NCBI GenBank assembly: GCA_008636045.1
Contig: SNRW01000059.1
Coordinates: 1 to 33,332, forward strand
Length of the DNA stretch: 33,332 nucleotides
Direction of reading: 5' to 3'
Origin: Streblomastix strix
Taxonomy: Eukaryota
Shown: one piece after another, positions 1 through 10,599 of the stretch
How positions within the stretch are numbered: the stretch's first letter is position 1
Layout: each line of letters starts with the position of its first letter
Translations under genes and position numbers: made by a program
The notes under the pieces: generated by a model
Database searches by the model: none
What the model was told of the DNA's origin: nothing
Seen by the model: only the letters and a program-made list of their open reading frames with translations

Positions 1-210
1 GCGTGAATGTGGAAAAAATAATTTTTAAGGATAATTCTTATTTGTAAAAATTATATAAAAATTCTATCTCCTGAATATCTCAAAAAGCATAATAATTAAA
101 AATAAAATTAAAAAAAAGGGGGGTTAAAAAATTTGTCAAAAATCGAAAAAAAAAATTATTTTATCTTACCAATTTTTGCATTTTGGCCCTAAATCACAAA
201 ATACAAAATA

Positions 211-285
211 GGCCGCTTTGTGGGATTTGAACCCACTACCTCGATAGAAAATCCACCTTTCTATCCATTGTGCTACTGATAAACC
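211..285 (-). pseudogene. tRNA-like remnant (A-box/B-box, non-canonical cloverleaf)
   Basis: Minus strand reads GGTTTATCAGTAGCACAATGGATAGAAAGGTGGATTTTCTATCGAGGTAGTGGGTTCAAATCCCACAAAGCGGCC. It has an A-box-like TAGCACAATGG and a perfect T-arm GTGGG-TTCAAAT-CCCAC, but the acceptor and D/anticodon arms do not fold canonically. Confidence 0.55.
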
Positions 286-360
286 TAAAAATATTATATT
301 AATGCAATTATTAACACTAACCATTTCGTTAACACTTATTTAATTTATTTTTATTAATTA

Positions 361-657
361 ATTAGTATCATTGATGCTGCGCAGATTTTTTTAGCATTGT
401 CCATGAAGAATGATCGTCGTTAGTTCAAAATAATATTTATTATAATCAGTTTATCCACGCTTTGTCTATTTCATCAGTTTGTTCATTTTCCTAGGACTTG
501 TGGTATTATACCTATGTATACGCTTCCGCTCTAGGCAAAATCGCAAATTGACGAAAAAAGTTCAAAATCGCGGGTAAATTGATTATAATAAATATGATTT
601 TGAACTTACGGCAAACTTCTTCATTCAATACTACTAGTATTAGCCAGATGAGACTAA
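361..657. mobile_element. Degenerate small foldback/MITE-like inverted repeat
   Basis: 403-495 (atgaagaa...tagttcaaaataatatttattataatcagttt...ttttcctag) is an imperfect reverse complement of 531-624. Weaker matches extend to ~361/657. Confidence 0.55.
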
Positions 658-1051
658 AATTATTAAATTTATAAATTATAAATTTAGATCAAATAATGTT
701 ACTGACGATGAAGAAATGAAAAATTCATTTGGTCCATTACTTTTGGTTGGAATAACGATTGAATTCACTCAAAGTGAATTTCATATCACGAATATAAGAT
801 GCAATCGGTTAAACTTTATTCAAATATTAATGAATTTTAATAATTATACTTCAGATTCGTTAGTTAGATTGAATAATGCCGATCTGTTCTAAAGAAATTA
901 ATTTTATCAATTGCTATTAACTTACTAAACGATCTTTAATAATTAATATGTCAAGTATAATTCTTCGTTCTTCAATTTATTATTAATTGATAATCTAAAT
1001 AGAATAATTTTCTATTGCATCATTAATCATCATTTCATTAATTTCAATTAT

Positions 1052-1897
1052 GGTTCCGTGAAAAAGTCGCTCTGGCAAACTTTCTGAAACAACCAAGTAT
1101 GATCAATTATTGTTTAATATGTATATATATGTTAATCATATAGTAGTTGAAAACGCGAGATATTGGCTGATGGCAGTTGAGTTTTGGATATATGATTTTT
1201 ATTTTTGTATGTTTTTATCAGCTGCCTTTAAAGTCTTTTAATTTGTTGTTAGTAATATTTTTCGTAATAATGAATCAATCAACATAATAAATATATATAT
1301 GTAATATATATTCGCATATAATTAAAATTAATATGAAATCAAAGTAAAAGCTGCCCTTATCAAAATCTCGAAATACAGATATTTTTCCTATATTTTATTA
1401 TATGGAAATTTTAATGAGTAGTCATAACTTTTTAAATAGCAATTTAAATTCAATTATTAATTTAATAAAATAATATAATGATTAAATATTAAATAATATT
1501 TTAAATTTATTTAATTTTGATAATTATATAAAAAGTTAGAAGTACTCATTGAAATTTTCATATAATAAAATATAGGAAAAATATCTGTATTTCGAGATTT
1601 TGATAAGTGCAGCTTTTACTTTGATTTCATATAAACTATAATTATATGTGAATATATATTTATTATGTTGATTGATTCATTATTAAGAAAAATATTACTA
1701 ATAACAAATTAAAATACTTTAAAGCAGCTGATAAAAACAAACAAAAATAAAAATCATAAATCCAAAACTCAATTGCCATCAGCCAATATCTCGCGTTTTC
1801 AACTACTATATGATTAACATATATATACATATTAAACAATATTTGATCATACTTGGTTGTTTCAGAAAGTTTGCCAGAGCGACTTTTTCCCGGAACC
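1052..1897. mobile_element. Non-autonomous foldback/MITE with ~380-bp TIRs (GGTTCC...GGAACC), AT-flanked
   Basis: 1052-~1433 is a highly similar reverse complement of ~1531-1897, with a ~100-bp AT-rich spacer. AT flanks both ends (1050-1051, 1898-1899). Confidence 0.85.
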
Positions 1898-1904
1898 ATA
1901 ATAA

Positions 1905-3735
1905 ATGAACTTTATTTTAAAAAATAACAATAAATCATTAAAAATCATTTTAGCAATATTTTCTGCATCTCAGTCTTTCTTTTATACAGAATCTTTAGTA
2001 TTAACTTACACAGACTATAATTATATTGATACAACAAATCCACTCTCTCTAACTACAGTACAAAATTATGACTTATATTCAGTTAAAGATTGCACATTCG
2101 CAAACAGAAGTAGCGATTTAATATGAGGAGATAACATGTTCAGTTTTATATCTAATGGAGCGACTGTTTCAATAAGTAACTCATCATTTGTTAATTGTTA
2201 ATGTGGCGATTCCGGTGGTGCAATGTGGGGTTGCTATTCAACATAGAATGGAGAAGGCCTCTAAGTTCAAATATTTTCATCAAATGATGAGACAGTAGTC
2301 TAATTAAAAATTATATATATTTTAAGTTGTTCAAGTGAATGGAACGGTGGAGGTATTTATATTGATGCTCGTAATAATTCTACATTATCTTTGATTGGCG
2401 AATTCACATTTGATAATAGTAGTATTCAGTTTTGTGGAGGTTGTTTGTTCATACAATCTGCAGATAATGGTACTATAGAAATGGATAATTTTACATTTAT
2501 AGAATGTTCTGCTAATCAAAGTGGAGGTATTTTCAGGAATTTAGTAAATGACATCAAATATATCATCAAAAAAGGGAAGTTTATTAATTGTTCAGCTCTG
2601 AGAGAAAGTGGAGGAATACTCGCATAATTTTCTAATAGTTTCGAATTTATACTTAATAAGTTATGTGAATTCAGCAAATGCTTTTGCTAAGGATGTGATG
2701 GAGCTATATATTCAATTATATTCAAATATAAGCTACAATTTACCTTTCTTATTCCTGATTATCAACTCACTTTTTCAAAAATGTGTTGCATTAGTAAACA
2801 CATTACCAACATTTCCTATTGGATATGGATGAAGTATCTTTATTAATGGAACTGGAGATTATGACCCATCAACCGAAAGTCTTGATTTTAGAGGAATGAA
2901 TATAAATGGTAATATTGCAGACAATGGCGGATAAAGTTAATGTGTTGAAATGCCAAATATAAATTAGCAGTGCAAATATGGTGATGTTGGAGAATATATA
3001 AAATGTAACTATAGTGATAAATTGTCAGTTTTTTAAGATATTGAAGGAATATCAGTTAATTCTACGACATTATATACCCCTTCTTTAGAATCAATTCGAC
3101 AATAATAATCAGTTCTTCACTGTTATTAGTCCGATATATCATGTCTCACTAAAGTATCTGTTACTATTAATATATCAAATATCATTTAATCATTACAAAT
3201 TAATCTTGAAGCATATAATATGATTGAATGATAATTTACTATAAAAATTATAGAATTACGATAAATAAGTTAAATGAATAAATTAAAAGAAAGATAAACA
3301 TCAAATAATAATAATAAAAATAAAAAAACACAAATTAAAATTCAAAACAAATCTTCAAATTCTTTATTAACTGAAGCAAGTACAAATTCTAACTATATTG
3401 ACAAACTTAATCATTTGAACAATTATGATTTTGAGATTATTTATCCTCCAGATGATGGATCAACGATGCCTATTAATATTGAAGGTGATCCATAAAGTTT
3501 GTAAACTGCATCATTTGGAATGAAATATATTTCATGGTTCGACTTTGATAATAAACATTATAGAGTCTTTGTATCAAATGATGGAAGGATATTCACTGGA
3601 ATTATTGGAAAATAAGATTAAGCATATCCATTAGAAGTAATAGTAGTAAAACTTGAAATATCAAATATCACAAAAGTAACAGCTACTTTAAATATTTCAA
3701 ATGTCAATTAACCATTCTTAATTAATCTTTATATC
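1905..3735 (+). pseudogene. Decayed host surface protein (GGxI-repeat, beta-helix/polymorphic-membrane-protein-like family)
   Basis: With TAR=Gln it reads SGGAMWG, NGGGIYIDA, CGGCLFIQS, SGGIF, GTGDYDPSTESLDFRGMNINGNIADNGGQS and EIIYPPDDGSTMPINIEGDPQSLQTASFGMK...SNDGRIFTG. There are in-frame TGAs and frameshifts. A domain repeat begins near 3660 (ITKVTATLNISN vs LTKVSVTINISN at ~3145). Confidence 0.7.
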
Positions 3736-4400
3736 TAAGGAAAAATCCTTCTAATTTAAAACTAATAGCTTTTAATCCAAGATGAAGTGCCAATATTACT
3801 GTTCCAATATTCAATACAACTTTGTCATAACCAAAGAATAATGAAATAAGTTAACAGCTCGTTCATTCATATTCTGAGTATTTATAAATTCGTACCTCTG
3901 ATGCGACTTCTCCAAAGTCACCTAGACTTTCTTAAACTATATTCCAATTTCAGTTTCATAAATCATATCCAAATTAGATTTGTCCTTCTTTTCTTTAGCA
4001 TTAATAAATACAAGTACCAATTACAAAAAAAGATATTGATCCTCCATTAAAGAAAGATCCTCCAGTTTATCCAGAAGTAGAACAATCGCATTATATTAAT
4101 TTTGAAGAACATCCAATTATTATTGTCTGGAACAGTTTTAAGAAAACAAGCATCCCTCCATTTAGATATAAAAACAAGAAGCACTGAATTTTTAATCATA
4201 ACTTTATCTTATTTATATTTATTTAATTATCCTTGTTTCAAATTTTGTTATTTCTTATTTATTAATTATTTATCCTTTCTTTAAATTAACTTACTTAAAA
4301 CTATTTAATTATTTATTAGATCTTTTTTATTTTGTAACTAATAGGAAATAAATTAAATATTTCTTTTAAATAATTTCAATTTTTTCTTCGATTATATATT

Positions 4401-4714
4401 AGTAGTATATAATGGAGATTTATGCCCCAACTTCAAAAAGTATTCAGTTTTATAAAAATTTTCCACTCCAACAATTATTAAATTTTGACCTTAAATCAAT
4501 ACTTAAAAAATGTTTTTTATGGTTTTTTCATAAAATTAATACCTTTGAAGTTAAGACACACTACACCATTATATAAAATAATTAAAATAAATAATTAACG
4601 GGTAAAAAAATATCTCAAATATGTTCTCCCATGAATTTATAACAATATACAATAGCAAATAGTTGATACACATAATTTATATATTAATTTTAGCATGGAG
4701 ATTTAACAAAAATG
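4401..4714 (+). repeat. Left TIR of the Polinton
   Basis: Reverse complement of 25596-25912 with scattered substitutions. Degenerate similarity continues inward to ~4810. Confidence 0.95.
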
Positions 4715-4972
4715 CCGTCTTTAACGAATGAACCAAGTGGATTTGGTGGACCGAGTAAAAAATTGCTATAAAAAAGTGTGGCCAATCGGACAATCTGACC
4801 AAAAATTTGTTCTTGATGAATGGCTTATATAATTAGGATAAAATAATTTAATATTTAATAAATTTAATAATTAATAATAAAATTTATTGATGATAAGGCT
4901 TTGAAAGTCGATAAAATAAAATTATAGGATTTTATAAGAAATTTAAATTTTCATTTTAAAAAACAGTTTAGT

Positions 4973-6729
4973 ATGAACAATTTGTAAGAATTATTTGAGA
5001 ATAAAACTATATCATAATGGTATAAAATTTACTTGGATAATTTCACGAAATATCACGTTGAAAGAATAAAACAAACAACAAAGCCATAAGCAAAGCCAAA
5101 ATAGGAATAATAACCTTAGCGAATGACAAATATATTTCGTAGTAAAATTTAAAATAAAAATGATGTAGTATAAGACATAAAAATAAAGCCATTAAAAATG
5201 CACTAAAGACCATATTTTTTACCAGAGCTTGGAAGCTGGGAAATTGATATAATTTTTGTAATGCACCAAACGATAAATAAAATTGTATAATAATATTTGT
5301 TTTGCATTAATATTAATACCAAATTTTTAGTTGTATTTCCTTTAAAGGATAAAAAAGCAAACGAACTACTAAGATGTATAAAGTAGCTTATCAAAGACTA
5401 AAATGTTAATAGCATACGTTCTGATGGTGAAGCGGCTTTAGGTAGCAAATAAATCGAGGAGTTTTAAAAAGAAAATGATATAAAATATTTTTTTAATTCT
5501 TCATCTTTCATGAATAAAAATCGAGTTGTTGATTCAGTAGTAAGAACAATAAGAAACGCATTTGTAAATGACCCTTAACTAATGGCTAATAACAAATAAA
5601 TATAGCAAGTAGTTGACAAATGTAACAACAGAAAATATAATGCTTTAAAGCTTTAAAAATAATCTTTTAGTCCTTCATAAGTTAATGATAATGAAGATTT
5701 AGAAGGTATATTTATACGTAAGAAAATGGAGTAATTAAAAAATATAAAGGACTTATAAAACAAAAATAAATAACTAGATTTAATAAAAGGGAATATAATA
5801 ATGACACATTTGGTCCTATCAAAAACTTCTCATGGATTTTAAAAGAAAAGAAGGTAATTTAATGAGATAGCAACATTTATAAAATATGAGCATGGCAATG
5901 TTATATGGGTAAGTTTGGTTGGAAATAACATTTTACTATTTTATTTGATTAAATATTTATGTGTGTGTAAATTAAGAAAATGAATGTATTTTTAATTGTC
6001 AATTCTCCTTGTCCAAGGAGAAACAGTATATTTTGAAAACCTCCTATATTGAGTCTGAAAAGATTTTATTTAATATGAATATATTATTATTTAAATTAAA
6101 AGTTCAAATATAAATATTTTAAATAATTGTTTTGTAAAATTTATTTGAAATTGAAATGAAAATAAAATTTTAAATTGGTATTTAATTGAAAATTTTCAAA
6201 ATTGGTTTGTAACTGTAATATGTTTTAATTTTTATTATTGAATGCTTTATTTTGTTATTGTGATCTATTTAAATGTTTTTATGTGAAATAATTATAAAAA
6301 TATCTTAATAAATTTTTTATTTGAAAAATATAAAAAAATTTCAATTTATTGACTTATTTTGTACTACTATAACTAAGTAATTATTTAAAATATTTATATT
6401 TGAACATTTAATTTAAATAATTGTATATACATATTAAATAAAATCTTTTCAGACTCAATATAGGAGTTTTGCAAAATATACTGTTTCTCCGTGGACAAGG
6501 AGAATTGACAATTAAAAATACATTCATTTTCTTAATTTATGCACATATATTAATATTTGAAAATATTATATTGTTTGTCAAAATCCAACCAAACTTACCC
6601 ATATGTGAGTTGTTAAAACCATATAAAGATATAAAAACAGTTGAAGTTCCGGTATATTATACCCATAAAGTTGCTGACAATATTGATGTATTACCTGAAT
6701 AATATAAAAGACCCTTTTAATTATTTTGA
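4973..6729 (+). CDS. Retroviral-like (rve) integrase, ~352 aa after removing the MITE at 5907-6600
   Basis: The frame is open from ATG 4973: WEID (D at 5246), YLFCININTKF, IRSDGE (D at 5423) and NRVVDSVVRTIR (D at 5531, 36 codons later). Removing the insertion and one ATAT gives ...HGNVICELLKPYKDIKTVEVP...F* (TGA 6727-6729). Confidence 0.9.
5907..6600. mobile_element. 694-bp MITE nested in the integrase (GGGTAAGTTTGGTTGGA TIR, ATAT TSD)
   Basis: Perfect 17-bp terminal inverted repeat plus long internal inverted arms (~5960-6130 vs ~6380-6545). ATAT lies at 5903-5906 and 6601-6604. A 4-bp TSD restores the integrase frame; a 2-bp AT TSD would not. Confidence 0.92.
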
Positions 6730-6753
6730 TTTATTTTTTTATTTGTATATTAA

Positions 6754-7065
6754 ATGGAAGATATAAAAATTGTAAAACAAACTTTAAAAGCTGGAAGACC
6801 TAAAAAATATTAAACAAAAGATTAAGCAAAAAATATAGCAAGATAATAACGCAAAGAATATAAAGCTAGAAAAAGCGAGGAGTTAAAAAAGTTTAACCTA
6901 TAAGCTTCTACTCTACAAATATAAGTAATAAAATTATTAGGTAAATTAGTGTTAGATATCGAAGATATAATAAAAATAAACGATATGATACAAAAGAAAA
7001 TAAAATAAGATGAGGTCTTAAAAGCTAGCGTTTTAATGAAAAATGAAGCAACTATTTTATCATGA
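6754..7065 (+). CDS. Small basic protein with AT-hook-like GRPKKY motif (103 aa), likely DNA-binding
   Basis: MEDIKIVKQTLKAGRPKKYQTKDQAKNIARQQRKEYKARK...; intact ATG-to-TGA frame with TAR=Gln. Confidence 0.65.
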
Positions 7066-7069
7066 TTTC

Positions 7070-8163
7070 TTTTTCTTATTTTTAATGTATTTATTCTTTA
7101 GTTATTTTTATGCTTGTAAAGACTTTTATAACTAGCTTGATGGCACATAATTTTTATGTTTTCGTGGCCTATTCATTCTGTCTTCTTTCAGCATTAAATC
7201 CTTCTTTGTTTGTTAATATAATTGGCCCCCTTCATTCATATAATATCCAACTTTTTTTGTGGCATATGGTGTTTTGCTATAATACTGATTTTCTGGGGCA
7301 GTTCCTCAATTTAATCCGTTTGTAAAATATTCTACACCCCTTTGTGTTTGTGCGTTATCTTGTTATAAAATTTATCCTTCAACTTATTTTTCTCTCTAAT
7401 ATTGTTACTACTCATTTATTGGACTTATTTGCTGTTATTAATCTGTAAAATTTTATAGTTAGTATTCAAAAAGCATCTAGTATATTATCAGGACCTTGAT
7501 TATAATAAATATTGTCTTTTTTCTTTACCTTTTCCTTTTCCTTTTCTTAATGAGAGCAAAACAAAAAATTCATCAGTTCATCCTCTTTATTAATGCCTTT
7601 TGGTGGTGCTGTTGCACGTAGTGATGGTTAAGGAAGTCTCTGAATTTCCGTAGCCGAAGGCTTACGACTAACTGGAGTAGGAAATTTATGGATTCCTATA
7701 TCATTTGCCAGTTCATTTGCTCTAGCATTTAAACCTAGAGACTAATCACTCATAGCTTCGTTTCTATAAACACCTTATAATGGATCATGAACATCTCGTA
7801 TATGTTCATCTAAATCCCTATAATATTTTATAATATCGTTAGCGTCAACACCATCAAAATGACTTTACCTTCATGTTGTACTTTTCATACCTTCAAAAGC
7901 TGCATCAACATCTCCACGGGTAATATTAGAGTTATACTATCTTACTTAATCAATTATTTCTTTCCGCTACTTTTACTACCTGCACCTAATTTTTTATCAG
8001 CCTCCGATAGTTTTAATTCATCTAATATTGATGGTATTTTACTTACATTTCGTGGCTAAACTTATTAACCCTTATGTATATATGGCATTTTTGATTCAAT
8101 AAATTCACTAACACGTGTTTTAGGTTTTGCTTTTTTAACTGGTGCAACTCTCTTTGGTGACAT
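7070..8163 (-). pseudogene. Frameshifted basic hypothetical viral protein (possible core/DNA-condensing protein)
   Basis: Starts MSPKRVAPVKKAKPKTRVSEF. Coding-like sequence continues across several frameshifts and TGAs. The 3' boundary is approximate. Confidence 0.45.
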
Positions 8164-8333
8164 TTTATTTTGTTTAAGATTATATATTCTTATTAATATT
8201 TTTAATAACAAACAAATGGCATAACAACACATATTTTGTAAAATAATCATTATAATTTCAAGTTTCTTACTTATTTTTTCATAATTATCAACGATTAAAA
8301 ATAATTTATTTGTTTATTTTATTTTTATTAAAA

Positions 8334-8591
8334 ATGTCTTCGAGCTAATGCGCATAGTTAATGCCTCCACGAAAGTTGTTGAAAATAACCTGTGATGAAT
8401 ATATGATCTTTGCAAAGTTTTTAAATTCATTAGTATCTTTAGCAACAAAAGCACCACCAGAAATAGAATTACGTTTTTTATTACGATAATTCAATATACG
8501 GTTGAAAATGGACTAGTTAAAAGAAATAATAGATGTAGCATATGAAAATAGCCAAAATTCTGTTATGAAGCTATTTGAATATTTGATTTGA
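8334..8591 (+). CDS. Hypothetical viral protein (85 aa)
   Basis: MSSSQCAQLMPPRKLLKITCDEYMIFAKFLNSL...FEYLI*; intact frame with upstream TTATTAAAAATG context. Confidence 0.6.
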
Positions 8592-8611
8592 CATTATTTT
8601 TTGATAATAAA

Positions 8612-10081
8612 ATGAGTGAAGTAGGTTTGCAAATTATAAACTCTGACTCTGATAAGGATTTTGTACAGTGGGACACAACAATACCAAGTGGTTGCTAAAG
8701 CTTTCAAGTTAATAGCATAAATAATATACCAATTAATTTAACATATTATTTAAATGGTGATTATATCGAAATATAGCATAACATTGTGTCTTTGGATATG
8801 ATGAAAATATACTAACAAATAAATATATCAAATGATAATTTTAAGCTATAACTTATTGACAAAATACCTCCAATATGATTAAACATGAATACAGCAATTG
8901 ATAACTGTTTTACAAGCGACTAAACGGTATAAGGATATAAGTATATGCCTACAGTATTAGCCCATCCATTAGCCAATATATCAAGCTTTGTTGATACAAT
9001 GTAGAAGCATTTTAATACATAAATAACGTTGAATAGTGGAGCAATATGCTTTAATAATGGAATGAATTAGCACATATAGAAACTATAAATAGTGTTTACT
9101 AGTTAAATACAAATTATGTGTAAGATATTGTTAGTTCTGCAATTAATTACATAAATTTAAGGATTTTAGCATTTTTTTTATCACTACTGGATACTAGACA
9201 CAACCGCTAATGTAGCACATCGAGCTATTGGGTTAATTCGATTATATTGTCCTACAACAAATAATTATATATCATCTATAGAGCCAAAACAATTTGGAGC
9301 ATAAAATAATTTAGCAGTTAGATATTTATTTGGTAAGTAAGTAGATATTAACCCGAATGGAACATTTACGTCATCAGATGTATAACCCATTAATGTGTAG
9401 CAACAAACAATGCAGTAAATTATTAATAATATTAATACGTTTCCTGTAAGATTAATTTGTTCCTTATCAGCACCATGTATAACTTAATTGTAAGTAATTT
9501 ATAATTTATTTGGCAGAATAAGTTTTTATGGCTAGTTTATCCCAGAGATTATAAGCGATTACGTCAAGACATTACACACTTACTGGTTCGCTAATAGAAT
9601 AATTTTATCGCCTAATTTGTACGTATAACTAGCTGGTACGTAAGACTTATATGATGGACTTAGTGAAAATGGGGCTAATCAAGTAATAAATTTATCATCT
9701 GCAATTAAACAAATAGACCTAGATATATAGTTTTACTAAACAAAATTTGATAATTAAAGCATAGAAACTGATTTACTAATTTTTTGCCCAAATATTGGTA
9801 ATTTTCTTGAATATCCACAAATGTTAATAATTAGTGTATTAAACTAGATATAAGGCATTACTTTGCAGTCTATTGGTGGCAATGGGTTTCCAAACGTATA
9901 CTTTAAATAAAACTTGGAAGATGCTCCGGTATTATGGGGGAAAAACATGATGTTTTAATAGTGTTTGATAGATTAAAATAAGTCCCTTTTATTCACTTTA
10001 TATGACAATTTTGGCAGGAAAATACCTATGCAGTTTATGGAAATATACAATAATTTACTAATAGAGATACAGTATCAATGA
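8612..10081 (+). pseudogene. Probable minor capsid (penton) protein, ~490 codons, with an in-frame TGA at 8876
   Basis: Beta-strand-rich ORF. The C-terminal LLFTLYDNFGRKIPMQF...LLIEIQYQ* resembles penton C-termini. The assignment rests on motif impression and context. Confidence 0.5.
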
Positions 10082-10599
10082 TTTTAATTTTAAATAAATG
10101 GATAAAAAAAGTAAAGTTTTGACGATATTTGAATTATCAATACTACATTATAGCACAGCATTATAGGACATAAAAAGGTTTGAAAAACAACTTTAAAACG
10201 CATCAAATTATACTAAATAATGTGAAAGAATAATAGGAGTTAATTTGCATACTATTATTTATACGATTGATGAAGTGGTGAATAATGCAAAAAACAGATA
10301 AAGCACTATACAAAAATGATGGAAAACAATTTGGAAACAATAAACATTTTATATATTGCGTATCCATAATTATAGCAGGAGTTTGATAATTTTATTGATG
10401 AGCATTAAATAACCTTTTGAGTCATATTTTTTTTCTCTTTCCAAAACTATTTTTACACATTTTAATTTTAAATATCTGGCCCCACTCCGTAAATAATAAT
10501 TTATATAATTAATAAAAATTTATTAGCCTAATTTCGATGAAAACCTAAAGATTCCACAATTAAGATAAAAATTGTGAGGTTATTTAACTTTTCAACATT

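Noticed and set aside
1663..1899. 78-aa ORF in the supplied track
   Set aside because: It lies entirely in the TIR of the foldback element, and the mirror copy is frameshifted.
3736..4185. Pro-rich coding-like fragment ending ...PPFRYKNKKH*
   Set aside because: No clear start or family; possibly a remnant of another host gene.
10098..10319. Short ORF MDKKSKVLTIFELSILHY...; a similar case at 25238-25445
   Set aside because: Plausible start context, but probably frameshifted and without motifs, so not called.
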